From Promethearchaeota archaeon (lineage in GTDB: Archaea; Asgardarchaeota; Hermodarchaeia; Hermodarchaeales; Hermodarchaeaceae): a stretch of DNA of 48,890 bases. A program made the position numbers and the translations under genes. The notes below the pieces were generated by a model. The model saw only the letters and a program-made list of their open reading frames with translations, did no database searches and was not told where the DNA came from. The stretch spans positions 1 to 48,890 of the forward strand of contig JBHLPR010000012.1 of assembly GCA_048939245.1 (NCBI GenBank). Direction: 5' to 3'. Shown piece by piece: positions 9,140 through 19,008 of this stretch (position 1 is the first letter of the stretch; every line of letters starts with the position of its first letter).

Positions 9140-10177
9140 TCACCCATCAGCACCGTGATCAGAGGCCGGCTGAGATTGGGCATGATGCGCCTTTAGAGTT
9201 TTCCGGAGTAATTGGAGAGCGAGCCCCAACGCATGATCACTTGATGCAACACCGTTTGCCCCCGCTGCTGTAGGATGCCCCCCTCCAGCTCCTCCAATCA
9301 TTTCGCCCAAGGGTTCCATGACATCTCGTGCGAGGTCAAGTCCCCGCTCTCGATTCACCGGGAGGGTTGACCGAGCACTAAGTCGAACTTCATTTTTCTT
9401 TGCAGCACAGGCAATGGCAATATCAGCCCCCAACCCTATCAGAGCGCGACAGGCACTAGCCTCATAAGACCGGATATTGGTTGCAGCGATGAGAAGGTCA
9501 AACTCATCATACACGACGATTCGCTGGGCTGCTTTCAACCGTGCGATGCGTTCGGATTTGTCGAGGGGGGTTGATAGGAGCTTCAGTACTTGGTCATAGT
9601 CAGCGCCAAATCGTAGTAAGGTGACAAAATTTTCAAAAGTGCTTTCTAAAGCAATATGAAAGTGCCGTGAATCATAAACGAGGCCACACGCTAATTGAGT
9701 TGCAGCATCCGCAGGCATCTCATGGGTACTTACCTGCCAAAGACGCAATATCAACTCAGCCGTCGAACGAATTTGATTGTCAAAAAGGAGATAATCCGCT
9801 AGTTGTGGAAGATCCTTGTGAGGAGCGTGATGATCCACACAAAATACCGTTACATCCTTACGCGGCAGATGTGGAGCCAGGTCCCCAATCTGTTCAAGAT
9901 TATTCAGATCCAGTAATACAATAATTGAATGGTTGGCAAGCTCTTCAGCAGAGCCAATGGTGATGTCGAAGAACGTGGCCACATTGGTTGCGGAACGATT
10001 CAGGCTTTCTGCAAATATCTGAGTTGGGATTTTTGCTTCCAATTGTAAAAGGTGGGCTAATGCGGCGGCGCTACCAAGTGCATCAGGATCGGCACTTTGA
10101 TGAAGAACCAATGCCACCGAGTCTTTAGTCTTCTCCAATAGGGTGGTAAGGAAGTGAGAAGGATTAAGTTGTTTCAA
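9140..10177 (-). CDS. DHH/DHHA1 phosphoesterase (NrnA-like)
   Basis: HQSADPDALGS, DHH, GGGHPTAAG. Start set to TTG 10177 to avoid overlap with pfdB (uncertain). Confidence 0.85.
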   Translation of the reverse strand: MKQLNPSHFLTTLLEKTKDSVALVLHQSADPDALGSAAALAHLLQLEAKIPTQIFAESLNRSATNVATFFDITIGSAEELANHSIIVLLDLNNLEQIGDLAPHLPRKDVTVFCVDHHAPHKDLPQLADYLLFDNQIRSTAELILRLWQVSTHEMPADAATQLACGLVYDSRHFHIALESTFENFVTLLRFGADYDQVLKLLSTPLDKSERIARLKAAQRIVVYDEFDLLIAATNIRSYEASACRALIGLGADIAIACAAKKNEVRLSARSTLPVNRERGLDLARDVMEPLGEMIGGAGGGHPTAAGANGVASSDHALGLALQLLRKTLKAHHAQSQPASDHGADG

Positions 10178-10232
10178 GGATTGTCCCGCCGTCGTTGAGA
10201 TTGGAGTCAATGGCGGAATGTTTAGAGGGAGA

Positions 10233-10598
10233 CTAGCCCGCCGGAGCGGCACCGGGTTGTCCAAGCATTCCTCGAAGGGTTTCTTGGAGCGTGTCGTATT
10301 GTTTTCGTAATTGGGCTTCTTGTTTTTCTAAGGATTGTACGCGCAGCTCAAGGGTCTCAATCTGCTCTTTCAGATTTTTAGTGGCTTTGGTCTTGGTTGT
10401 TTTGAAAAGCAGAGGACCGGAGGCTTGATAGATGACATTTTTTGTGGTTAATCCCTTAATTTGTTCTTGGGCATTCTTGGTCTCAGCTAATTGTTGTTTA
10501 ATCTGAACCAGAAGCGCATTAACATATTGTAGGCTGTCTCGTGTTTGTTGCACTCGTACTAGCTGCTGACGAACACGAGGAGGAAGCTCTTCACCCAT
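10233..10598 (-). CDS. pfdB: Prefoldin beta subunit
   Basis: Coiled coils flanking the IYQASGPLLFK hairpin; conserved superoperon position. Confidence 0.88.
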   Translation of the reverse strand: MGEELPPRVRQQLVRVQQTRDSLQYVNALLVQIKQQLAETKNAQEQIKGLTTKNVIYQASGPLLFKTTKTKATKNLKEQIETLELRVQSLEKQEAQLRKQYDTLQETLRGMLGQPGAAPAG

Positions 10599-10860
10599 TT
10601 TTCTTCACCGTAAACTGGTGTACACCATCAGCCACCACATATAGGCGCGTTAGCGTTGTTGCTGCAGCGCGGAGGGCAGTAACATCCTGGGCGGCTAGGT
10701 GAAACACGATTGTATTTTGGTTGGACTTACTGTGAACCTTGACTCTTTTTGAATCTATCGACGCATATTCCGGTTCAAGAGCAGAGCCAATTACTTTCTG
10801 CTTATGCCGATCGTTGGGATGGAAGGCAATCGTGAGAGTGTAAGGAGAGGATTTCACCAT
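10591..10860 (-). CDS. pcc1: KEOPS complex subunit Pcc1
   Basis: ALEPE...AQDVTALRAA motif; position before pfdB. Confidence 0.85.
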   Translation of the reverse strand: MVKSSPYTLTIAFHPNDRHKQKVIGSALEPEYASIDSKRVKVHSKSNQNTIVFHLAAQDVTALRAAATTLTRLYVVADGVHQFTVKKNG

Positions 10861-11414
10861 CGTTTCAGTTCTCCTATGGGTCGGGTGAGAAAATGCTTTA
10901 CCTTCATGGAAGGCCCGAGGAGTTTCGTTTCGTCGGTTGAGACAAAATCCATTGCTTTGTAGCGTGATAATGCCACGCGTAAGACGACAGTGTCAGTACG
11001 TATACTGGAGAGGTCGTCCCGAGTCGTACAGGAGACCATGAGAGCCTCAGCTAAAAGTTGGGCCTTAGGCCGGTCCGAGGGTTTGTCAGGAAGGACAACC
11101 AAGGTTTTGATGTTTCGTGATGGACTTGCTTCAGTCTCTCGGAGGAGTTGAGTAGACTTGATGATGATGGTGGGGGGAGAAAAGACCCAATTCTCCTCAG
11201 AAAGGGTGAGAAATCCTAATCGTCCAGGATTTCCATGAAAGGCACCAACAAGGAGGAGTCGAGTCGCGCCTAGCTCATGGGCTGCGTCACAGAATTCAGC
11301 AAAACCTTGTTTTCCACGGGTTATACGTGTGGAACCGGGTATAACTCGTACGAGTTCCTTAATGAAACTGCGAATTCGTTGGGTAGGCTTTCGAGTAGTT
11401 CCGAGGACAATCAC
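10854..11414 (-). CDS. Brix/Imp4 domain ribosome biogenesis protein
   Basis: [12 protein letters not shown]...RGK...GNPG; position after rpl37ae. Confidence 0.85.
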   Translation of the reverse strand: MIVLGTTRKPTQRIRSFIKELVRVIPGSTRITRGKQGFAEFCDAAHELGATRLLLVGAFHGNPGRLGFLTLSEENWVFSPPTIIIKSTQLLRETEASPSRNIKTLVVLPDKPSDRPKAQLLAEALMVSCTTRDDLSSIRTDTVVLRVALSRYKAMDFVSTDETKLLGPSMKVKHFLTRPIGELKRW

Positions 11415-11686
11415 TTTGTTCGCCGGCTAACTGCACGTTCACGAAAAGACCGGAGAATTTTCTGCGCATCTGTTGTGGGGGAATAAGCACCACCCGTAAA
11501 GGTGTGGCCACATTTCCGACAGCGCCAAATGCCTGTAGATAGTCGGCGTACCGCTTTAGTTTGACAATTAGGACATTTGTGCTTAGCCTTCATGTTAGCT
11601 TCAATCTTGGCGACGCGCTGACGCATAGTGACCCCATAACGAGCGCCAAATCGTCCTGCTGTTCCGGCTTTCTTAGTACGTCCCAT
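11411..11686 (-). CDS. rpl37ae: 50S ribosomal protein L37ae (eL43)
   Basis: [12 protein letters not shown]...[12 protein letters not shown]. Confidence 0.97.
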   Translation of the reverse strand: MGRTKKAGTAGRFGARYGVTMRQRVAKIEANMKAKHKCPNCQTKAVRRLSTGIWRCRKCGHTFTGGAYSPTTDAQKILRSFRERAVSRRTK

Positions 11687-11694
11687 GGAAATAC

Positions 11695-12489
11695 TCACCT
11701 TTGGGGAAGCTGTTTTCGCATCTTTTTAACAATTTTGTTCGCACGTTCGACGCAATCTGTGACTTCCTGACGGCTGAAGGGGGTAGTTCCCCATTTTTGC
11801 ATTGATACAACGGTATCGTCGCCATCAATAGCAATCGAAAGGCGGGCATCCATGACTCGTTCTTCATCAAGGTTTGGATCCGCGATAATGCTATCACCGA
11901 TTTTAGCGAAGGTGATTGTCAGTGGTGGGGGTCCCATTTTGAGTGGAGTGGCGTCTTCCAGGATTTCTGCTTCACCTGCATCGGTTAATTTCACCTTGGG
12001 GACATTGGTTGAAAGCAATGCACTCACGGCAGCAATTGAAGCAACATCGATGAGATTACCATGATCTGCAAGAACATAGAGATCGACCATTACCAAGTAT
12101 ACATGTTCGCCGGATTTGATGCACAAATCAGCTCGATCTATAGCGCTCGAATGACGTATTCCTCGATCGACGACCCGAGCTAGTTCGATAGCTTGTTCAT
12201 CAGGGGGACCCAATTCAAAGGTTGGTGAAGCAATCGGCGAGAGTTCTGAAGAAGTAATGACTACCCCTTCGTCCGGGGTATCCGGAAAGGGGTTTCCAAC
12301 TTGAATCTTCACCCCTGCCATGACACGGCTTTCACCTAACCAAGCCTCAGCCGAACCTTCAGCCTTCGTTATAGAATTTTGTTCTATTTTGATGGGACGA
12401 ACATCATCAAATCCTCGCGCATCAATTCGTTTTCCTTCACGTAGTAGAGTTAAAATCTGCTCACGTTCAATTTCTGTAACTACATCCAT
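11695..12489 (-). CDS. rrp42: Exosome complex component Rrp42
   Basis: [30 protein letters not shown]. Confidence 0.95.
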   Translation of the reverse strand: MDVVTEIEREQILTLLREGKRIDARGFDDVRPIKIEQNSITKAEGSAEAWLGESRVMAGVKIQVGNPFPDTPDEGVVITSSELSPIASPTFELGPPDEQAIELARVVDRGIRHSSAIDRADLCIKSGEHVYLVMVDLYVLADHGNLIDVASIAAVSALLSTNVPKVKLTDAGEAEILEDATPLKMGPPPLTITFAKIGDSIIADPNLDEERVMDARLSIAIDGDDTVVSMQKWGTTPFSRQEVTDCVERANKIVKKMRKQLPQR

Positions 12490-12495
12490 GTTCAA

Positions 12496-13410
12496 TCACT
12501 CCTTAGTTTTCGAGTCTTCGTCCTTTGTTTTCGAGCGTTTGCTCTTTTTCGTGGTCTTGGGCGTATCTTCCTTCTTTTCGGTTTTCGCTCGTTTCGCCCG
12601 CTTTTTAGGAGCCTTTGTTTCCTTCTCTGGTTCTCCTTCGTCCTTTTTGGGTGCTGTTTCTTCATCACCAATCTTATCTCTAATTTGAGCATATTTTTCA
12701 AGAAGCACAGCACGCTGCATTTCCTGGATTTGGTGAATGCCGTCTTCAGCTAGTCGAAGAGCTTCGGCAAACTCTGAAGTAGTCAATTTTCCATCCATTT
12801 GGAGAAGAGTAATTTCACCTCGGTCAGGAGCCATGGCCAATGGAACATCAGCCTCTCCGACTTTATCTTCAATATCACTCAAATCCAAAACCACTTTACC
12901 ATCGATTTTCCCTGCTGCACAACCAGCTATGAGTCCTCGCATGGGAATACCTGCATCGGCTAAGGCTAAGGACGCTGCTGTGGCACTCGCACATCGAGAG
13001 CCTCCATCAGCCTCAAGAACCATGATGTAGACATCAACCACTGCCCGGGGATACATTTTCAGAAATAACATCGGTTCAAGTGCCTGACGGAGAACCATTG
13101 AGATTTCATGTTCTCGACGACTTGGAGCAGGGCGTTTACGATCAGATACTGAAAAGGTTGCCATTCGATAATTCACTCGGAGTAGGGCTCGATCTGATTG
13201 AGCCAGATGCCGCGGATGGAGCTCACGAGGTCCATAGACTGCAGCCACAATCTTATTTTTACCATGTTCAATGTATGCTGAACCATCTGCACGGCTAAGA
13301 TAGCCGACTTGCAGTTTTATTGGCCGGAGTTCGTCGAGCTTGCGACCATCCTGGCGTCGACCCTTCGTGTCTATCAATGGCAGTTCTGCTTCAGTTTTTT
13401 TATCACTCAT
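12496..13410 (-). CDS. rrp41: Exosome complex exonuclease Rrp41 with Lys/Glu-rich C-terminal tail
   Basis: RQDGR, ADGSAY, YGPRE, EADGGSR RNase PH motifs. Confidence 0.96.
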   Translation of the reverse strand: MSDKKTEAELPLIDTKGRRQDGRKLDELRPIKLQVGYLSRADGSAYIEHGKNKIVAAVYGPRELHPRHLAQSDRALLRVNYRMATFSVSDRKRPAPSRREHEISMVLRQALEPMLFLKMYPRAVVDVYIMVLEADGGSRCASATAASLALADAGIPMRGLIAGCAAGKIDGKVVLDLSDIEDKVGEADVPLAMAPDRGEITLLQMDGKLTTSEFAEALRLAEDGIHQIQEMQRAVLLEKYAQIRDKIGDEETAPKKDEGEPEKETKAPKKRAKRAKTEKKEDTPKTTKKSKRSKTKDEDSKTKE

Positions 13411-14119
13411 TCTTTTCACCATTTAATTCGGCAAGCTTTGCATTGATGAAGTCACGAACGCGATCAGTCAGCCCACTAGTATGAGCTTCGCGTTCAATTT
13501 GATGAATTGCTTCGACAGCAACATCCATTCGATTCGGATTCCCTTTCATCCACACCAAACCATTCTGTCCAACGACAATATCAATTTGAAGGTCAGATTT
13601 CAGCATGTTGATCATTGACCCTTTTCGACCAATCAGTCGAGGGACACGCGTGGGGACAATCTTCAAGAGTCTCCCACCACGAACTTTTCCAAGTCCGCGA
13701 CCGAGGGTAGTAATAAGGGGATCCCGAGTTCGGTCTGCCGCTATGATTTCAGCGACCACCGTTTCACCAATATCATAATATCTTCGAAGATCTTCTTTTG
13801 CCCGTGCCGCATCACGTCGGGATAATGCATGTGTGGTGGGAAGCATTGCTGGATATGGACTATCAAAATCAACTAGCCATCCATTCAGTGTGACTTCCAC
13901 AATTGTTCCAATGATGATGTCACGGGTTTTCGGTATGTATTGTCCCTTCAAAGGAACAACATAAACCGTTTTACCTTTCATCTTCGCCACACCAATAACT
14001 GAGGCGAACACTTTCTCTTGTTCCTTGTAAGCCCCATCACCGTTTCTAAAATCGCCTTCGGCTAGAAGCTGTCCGGGAACTACAATATCCTGTTGTTCAA
14101 AGTTAATTGACACTTTCAA
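13403..14119 (-). CDS. rrp4: Exosome complex RNA-binding protein Rrp4
   Basis: VVPGQLL, S1 and KH domains (VPRLIGRKGSM), GQNG, AHTSGLT. Confidence 0.95.
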   Translation of the reverse strand: MKVSINFEQQDIVVPGQLLAEGDFRNGDGAYKEQEKVFASVIGVAKMKGKTVYVVPLKGQYIPKTRDIIIGTIVEVTLNGWLVDFDSPYPAMLPTTHALSRRDAARAKEDLRRYYDIGETVVAEIIAADRTRDPLITTLGRGLGKVRGGRLLKIVPTRVPRLIGRKGSMINMLKSDLQIDIVVGQNGLVWMKGNPNRMDVAVEAIHQIEREAHTSGLTDRVRDFINAKLAELNGEKNE

Positions 14120-14128
14120 TAAAACCTC

Positions 14129-14869
14129 CTACAGTGTTTCCTTTTTTAGTATCTTAATTTCAGCTCGACCACGAGTAAGATTATTGAGGGCATCAATGAG
14201 TTCTCCACGAAGCCCAGCTGGAACTTCAACAATAGCTATCCAGGACCCATCTTTCTGCCATTCGTCTTTCGCAATATGACCTTGCTGTTCAACAGCTCCA
14301 TAGGCTTTAGGAGCAAAATCAGCAGGAATCTTGATAGCGATTTGTTGAATCTCCATACGAATCGGAATGATAGGTTGTAAGGCTTTGACAACAGTGCGTG
14401 CTTGTTCTTCAGCTGTCTGAGTTGAGTCAATAACGACATGTGCCTCTTCCATTGCCGATTCGATACGTGCCGGTGGATGAGGGAGCCCAGTTTTGGGATT
14501 AATAGAATTACGTACAATGATATCGATTACTTGACGACGACGTTTCTCGACCATCTCTCGACGTTGTTCGGTGGTTAACTGAAGAGACCCTTTATCAAGT
14601 ATTATTCGGGCGACTTCAAATTCGTCAGTTGTTCCGAATGCCTCTTCCATAGCTTCCGTTGCAGCTTTCTTACTTCTTAGGGCATCTTCAAAGATTGTTT
14701 CTCCTCGAAGAATTTCACGGAATTCTACATCTTCACCTTGTTTAAAGCGCCAAGCAAGTTTCGGATCCACAATGATTTCAAATCGATGTCCGTGGGTTTC
14801 TAATTGAGCTAAAGCGGCGTCACCTAAATCAACACGTTTGTCTCCGCGAATTCCTCCCATTCCAGCCAT
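14129..14869 (-). CDS. Ribosome assembly factor SBDS/Sdo1
   Basis: FEIIVDP, FGTTD, QLTTEQRR, NPKTGLPHPPARIE. Confidence 0.95.
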   Translation of the reverse strand: MAGMGGIRGDKRVDLGDAALAQLETHGHRFEIIVDPKLAWRFKQGEDVEFREILRGETIFEDALRSKKAATEAMEEAFGTTDEFEVARIILDKGSLQLTTEQRREMVEKRRRQVIDIIVRNSINPKTGLPHPPARIESAMEEAHVVIDSTQTAEEQARTVVKALQPIIPIRMEIQQIAIKIPADFAPKAYGAVEQQGHIAKDEWQKDGSWIAIVEVPAGLRGELIDALNNLTRGRAEIKILKKETL

Positions 14870-14889
14870 AATCATCACCTTAACATCGA

Positions 14890-15597
14890 TTACACTGAAC
14901 CCAAGAGTTGTTGAACTTCATTGGTTCTCAATTGAATGAATTTTTTGTCGTCCGTTGTCACTTTAGCGATTACAAGCCCCTCTGGCTGGAGGGGCGCAGA
15001 CAGGGTTTCTTTGTGAACTCGGACTGCTAGATGCAAAGCCTCGTCAACAGTCATAGAGGGTGTATATTCTTTTTCCAATATCGTATTCATTTGCTCAGCG
15101 CCGATTCCGACCGCGTGCGCCTTATAACTCCAAAAGGCGCCAATCGGAGTTGTCAGATAAAGTTGGGGATCAGAATCGATACCAACAAGAAGCATCGACA
15201 CCCCATAGGGACGGGTTCCTCCTTGCTGAGTATAAGATTGAATATGATCACTGAGTTTCTTACTAAGCGTTTTCACCGGAATCGACTCAGCGAAGGTTAG
15301 CCGGTGGATTTGCGCAAGCTCTCGTGCATACCGAACTAGTGAACGGGCATCACCTGATAATCCTGCAATTGCCGCCCCGATTACATCATCGAGAACGAAT
15401 ATCTTGTCATTGTGATCTGGTTCTTGGAGCGAATGCTTTCGAAGAGCCGCCGTCAATATCACACCGTCGACGCAACGAATTCCTAAAATTGGAGTACCCT
15501 TTCTTACCGCCTCAAAGGCGTATTCAACCTGAAATAGGCGTCCCTCAGGACTAAATGTAGTCAAAGCGATATCATAACTTTGTGTATTACCAAACAA
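14890..15597 (-). CDS. psmA: Proteasome subunit alpha
   Basis: YDIALTTFSPEGRLFQVEYA, RPYGVS; TTG start after GGAGG. Confidence 0.96.
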   Translation of the reverse strand: MFGNTQSYDIALTTFSPEGRLFQVEYAFEAVRKGTPILGIRCVDGVILTAALRKHSLQEPDHNDKIFVLDDVIGAAIAGLSGDARSLVRYARELAQIHRLTFAESIPVKTLSKKLSDHIQSYTQQGGTRPYGVSMLLVGIDSDPQLYLTTPIGAFWSYKAHAVGIGAEQMNTILEKEYTPSMTVDEALHLAVRVHKETLSAPLQPEGLVIAKVTTDDKKFIQLRTNEVQQLLGSV

Positions 15598-15749
15598 TGA
15601 GGGGGGTCCTCCATTAACGCCTAATGAGAAGGGAGTTTTGTGAAAGCCCTCTTACTCTTATGTTAGTCTTGCAGGTTTGCCGATTAGGACTATCGCCTTT
15701 AAAATCTTGTTATTGACAGACTCCGATTTTCTAGACCCCAATTCCGTAC

Positions 15750-16142
15750 TTATTCTTGGGCTTGGTGCAGATAATAAATTATACCAATACAAAGCAATCC
15801 CGTTAGAAGGGCATGTAACCAGCTGAAGCCCACAAAGGCAATAACTACGATGATGATTAATAAAATGAGTAGTTCAAACCAGCCAGCGGTTTCACCATAA
15901 TATTCCCGAAGGTTCCCAAAGAAAATCACTAGGCTAATGAAGATTAGAACAAGGAATAAAATGGCTAATACACCAGCCACGACTGGACCAATAAAATCGA
16001 TAAATAGCCCAACAGAACCCCAACGCGTTATCATTAACGCAATTAGGATACTAAGAATGATAGTTACAGCTGCACCAATTATCATACTGCGACGCATGAA
16101 TTGCTGGTCTTGAGACGTATCTTTGGACATCGCTAGTGGCAA
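15750..16142 (-). CDS. Hypothetical small multi-pass membrane protein
   Basis: About 4 hydrophobic segments; fills the gap between psmA and the JAMM gene. Confidence 0.7.
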   Translation of the reverse strand: MPLAMSKDTSQDQQFMRRSMIIGAAVTIILSILIALMITRWGSVGLFIDFIGPVVAGVLAILFLVLIFISLVIFFGNLREYYGETAGWFELLILLIIIVVIAFVGFSWLHALLTGLLCIGIIYYLHQAQE

Positions 16143-16216
16143 CCTCGTATCAAGGGCTAGAGATGCGAAGACTCAAAAGGTGAGAAGCTTTTAAGTCTTT
16201 GGCTGGGGGTTTACCT

Positions 16217-16654
16217 ATGACTCCGCCGCGGGTTGCCCGGATTCAGCTTACTGCCCTACAAAGGCGGCAATTATATAGTGTTCGTCGACGGGCCTGGCCT
16301 CTTGAAGGGTGTGCGTTACTTCTTGGAATATATAGCGAGAAAGATCTCACGGCTCGTGTCGTCCGGATAGCAGAAACTAAAAATATCGCTAAATCAATCG
16401 CCGCGTTTGAAATCGATCCTGAACACCAATATTGCATTCTCACGGCGGCAGCAGAAGAAGGATTGGACCAGGTAGGTATCTATCACTCTCACCCTGCACC
16501 TCCGGAACCCTCAGGCAGTGATTTGGAATTTATGAAATACAACCCCTGTGTTTGGATTATTGACGGTCGGAAAAGACTGCGATTTCGCATGAACGCCTAT
16601 CAACTATGGCAAGGATTTCTATTATCAGTTGATATTGATATCATGCCGGAATAA
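16217..16654 (+). CDS. JAMM/MPN+ (Mov34) metalloprotease
   Basis: EGCALLLG and YHSHPAPPEPSGSD metal motif; TATA-like AAGCTTTTAA upstream. Confidence 0.88.
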   Translation: MTPPRVARIQLTALQRRQLYSVRRRAWPLEGCALLLGIYSEKDLTARVVRIAETKNIAKSIAAFEIDPEHQYCILTAAAEEGLDQVGIYHSHPAPPEPSGSDLEFMKYNPCVWIIDGRKRLRFRMNAYQLWQGFLLSVDIDIMPE

Positions 16655-16660
16655 AAGGTG

Positions 16661-16733
16661 GGGGCTCTCGGCTCGTCGCGAGATCGTCATAGCACAAGGC
16701 TCAGTTTGGAGCGGCGTGGCTTCACTGAACCCC
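16661..16733 (-). ncRNA. Box C/D guide sRNA
   Basis: GGGGUUC-A-GUGAAGC(C)-14 nt guide-CUGA(D')-GCCUUGUGCU-AUGACGA(C')-UCUCGCGACGAG-CCGA(D)-GAGCCCC: 7-bp terminal stem, two K-turn geometries, then a U-run. Confidence 0.75.
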
Positions 16734-16817
16734 AGGGATTTTGATGGCAAGGCGAGTTTTATCTGTTTTGGCGCTTAAGTCGGAGACGAAAAAGAGGACA
16801 ATTGAAGCTTTTTGATA

Positions 16818-17174
16818 TTAGCGATGTTTACGTGGTCTGACCACTTTCTGAACCTCAAGTCCGGGGAGATGAGACACTGCCTTACGGATGGTCCCACTAA
16901 TGCCCATCACCTGCAAGATGAGAGGAACGCCATCAATCTCTAAAATCGTTGTTAGTGCTGCTCGGAGCGGACGAACTTGAGTATGTTCACACCGGATTAT
17001 GGTATACTTCAGTTCTGGATGATACGACGTTAACCAAAATCCAATCCGACTCACACCCAGTTCACCATATAGCGCCTGTAGCTGCTGCCAGATGGCGTTT
17101 CGGAATGCGGATTCCGAAGGGAGTTTCTGGGAGGCATGAACCCGAATTGCGAGATAGCGTTGACGTGTGCGCAC
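16818..17174 (-). CDS. rnp2: RNase P protein Pop5/Rpp14
   Basis: RQRYL, LYGELG, IIRC, ISGTIRKA. Confidence 0.9.
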   Translation of the reverse strand: MRTRQRYLAIRVHASQKLPSESAFRNAIWQQLQALYGELGVSRIGFWLTSYHPELKYTIIRCEHTQVRPLRAALTTILEIDGVPLILQVMGISGTIRKAVSHLPGLEVQKVVRPRKHR

Positions 17175-17861
17175 TTAGGTTTCCCTCCCAATGTTTACAC
17201 CATGAATATTTTGTCTAGCACCCTGAATTTGGGAAATAAGGGCCAGTGGCTTTTGTCTCATAGCCTCCTTTGCAAGGTCTTCAGGAACAGCTGCGAGGAA
17301 ACTTAATGCTTCAAGATCTCTGGGGGCACGAAGCTCACAAAGTTGACTTGCCCCGGAAGTTAAAATGAGAGGGCAGTCAACACGCACTAAGTGTTGCACA
17401 GCATTGTTCATAACGCGCATTAGTCGAGAGCGAATAGATCCCTTTAGAGTTAGAAGATTTTGAAGGCATAATTCAACGGGCTTATTATGATTAGCTGTTA
17501 CTCGGGCTACTCGTGAATCCATCACCATGAAATCTTCAATATCTTTGAGCATAATCATATGAACTGAGGGAATTTCCGCAGCTGCGAGCCAAATCGGTTT
17601 AGAGCGACCGTGAATGACCAGAAGATCTGTTTGCTGCGTTTGTTTATGGACACGGAATCTGAGTCGTGTTGCTCCTCGTGGAGAAAGAGTCAATCGGCGA
17701 AATATTGTGAGAGGATAATGAAGAGCCGGCAGTTTCAGCGCCTTGGGGGTTTCAAGGGCTAATCCAGTAAAACCGAAGGTATTCGCTAGATTGGCAAAGT
17801 GTATGAACTCCACATCAGTGGGTGAGTGGTGAAAATGGATATGGAGGTCAAACATTGACAT
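17175..17861 (-). CDS. rnp3: RNase P protein Rpp30
   Basis: DLHIH start, LTSGA...ELRAPRDL. Confidence 0.85.
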   Translation of the reverse strand: MSMFDLHIHFHHSPTDVEFIHFANLANTFGFTGLALETPKALKLPALHYPLTIFRRLTLSPRGATRLRFRVHKQTQQTDLLVIHGRSKPIWLAAAEIPSVHMIMLKDIEDFMVMDSRVARVTANHNKPVELCLQNLLTLKGSIRSRLMRVMNNAVQHLVRVDCPLILTSGASQLCELRAPRDLEALSFLAAVPEDLAKEAMRQKPLALISQIQGARQNIHGVNIGRET

Positions 17862-17873
17862 ATTCTTCCAATC

Positions 17874-18332
17874 CTAAAGAAGTTTGAATTTATGACAGAG
17901 ATTTTCGAGGTCGCTGAGAGAGGGTTTTCGTCCAGAAAACCGTACTACGAGGCGAATAGAATCGCCGCGGTTAATTATGCGAACTCGTCCTTGATAAGCC
18001 TCCTGTTTATCGAGCCGCAGAAAAATTTGGCCCTTCTTATTCACCCGTGAAGGAAATGTCCTTGCCACTATGTCACGATCTTCAGAGCGGAGCTGCTCAC
18101 CAATTGAGGTTAACGTCTGTTCAATTAACTCGCGTTGGCTTAACTGGGTTTCAAGGCGAATAATGGGATTATGGTAGTGCCCACGGAGTTTCGTGGAATT
18201 AAATTTCAGTCTACTTTGAACCGCTTGAGGAAAAAGATTCATCATTGCTGTTCTGACTTTATCTAGCTCTTCAGTAGCATGAACAGAGGCTTGCATCTCA
18301 AGACGAACCGGCCCGCTTTCCGCTGCGGCCAT
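17874..18332 (-). CDS. Predicted RNA-binding/exosome-associated protein (COG1325-like)
   Basis: VHATEELDKV, GHYHNPI, LRLDKQ. Confidence 0.88.
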   Translation of the reverse strand: MAAAESGPVRLEMQASVHATEELDKVRTAMMNLFPQAVQSRLKFNSTKLRGHYHNPIIRLETQLSQRELIEQTLTSIGEQLRSEDRDIVARTFPSRVNKKGQIFLRLDKQEAYQGRVRIINRGDSIRLVVRFSGRKPSLSDLENLCHKFKLL

Positions 18333-18367
18333 GTATTAAGCACCCTCCAAAAGAGAACACATACTAA

Positions 18368-18943
18368 CTATTTCCCACGGCGTCCATATTTACTGATACT
18401 TGGACGCAGCTTCTCTGCACCAGTGCCCCGATGGCGTAATCCCCGAGAAGTTTTACCAGCAGGAGACAAGCCCCGAAAAACCCGTCCCTTTTGTGTGGGG
18501 TCACACAGCCAATTGACACGTGAATCAGCTTTGATGGCTGGATGACTCGGGTCAACAAGAACGACTTCATACCAGAGGTTCTTACCATCTTCAGCGATGT
18601 AATATGAGCCCAATATGCGTAAATTCGGATATTTCCGTGCTGTCCGTTCCTCAGCAATCCATTGACGACTGCGACCCGGAGTGATTTTCACGGTTCCCAT
18701 CTTTTTGGGTTTTCGACCCATCGTGGGACGTGGTTTACGTCGAGAACCACGAGTGATACGTTGGCGTACTACAATGAAACCTTGCTTCGCACGATACCCG
18801 AGTTGACGGGCCCGATCAATTCGTGTCGGCTTCTCTATTCGATTAGTAGCAGGCTCTTTCCGCCACTCGATAAGCCGCGAACGAATAAGGGCTTTCAACT
18901 CTTTGTCTTGGCTCGCATACAGCTTGCCAATATGTTTGTACAT
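18368..18943 (-). CDS. rpl15e: 50S ribosomal protein L15e
   Basis: PTRIDRARQLGYRAKQG, IAEER, RVFRGL. Confidence 0.97.
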   Translation of the reverse strand: MYKHIGKLYASQDKELKALIRSRLIEWRKEPATNRIEKPTRIDRARQLGYRAKQGFIVVRQRITRGSRRKPRPTMGRKPKKMGTVKITPGRSRQWIAEERTARKYPNLRILGSYYIAEDGKNLWYEVVLVDPSHPAIKADSRVNWLCDPTQKGRVFRGLSPAGKTSRGLRHRGTGAEKLRPSISKYGRRGK

Positions 18944-19008
18944 TGATGTAGACGCCTCCGCGTAATAGGGGATAGCGAATCTCCATTGCCTATAAAATTG
19001 TTATGCTA

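Noticed and set aside
15596-15614. GAGG/CCTC mini-hairpin over the psmA SD (RNA thermometer idea)
   Set aside because: Only 4-5 bp; expected by chance
16661-16733. Possible SECIS element (AUGA/GA motifs 3' of pop5)
   Set aside because: No in-frame UGA seen in neighbouring genes; the box order fits a C/D sRNA better
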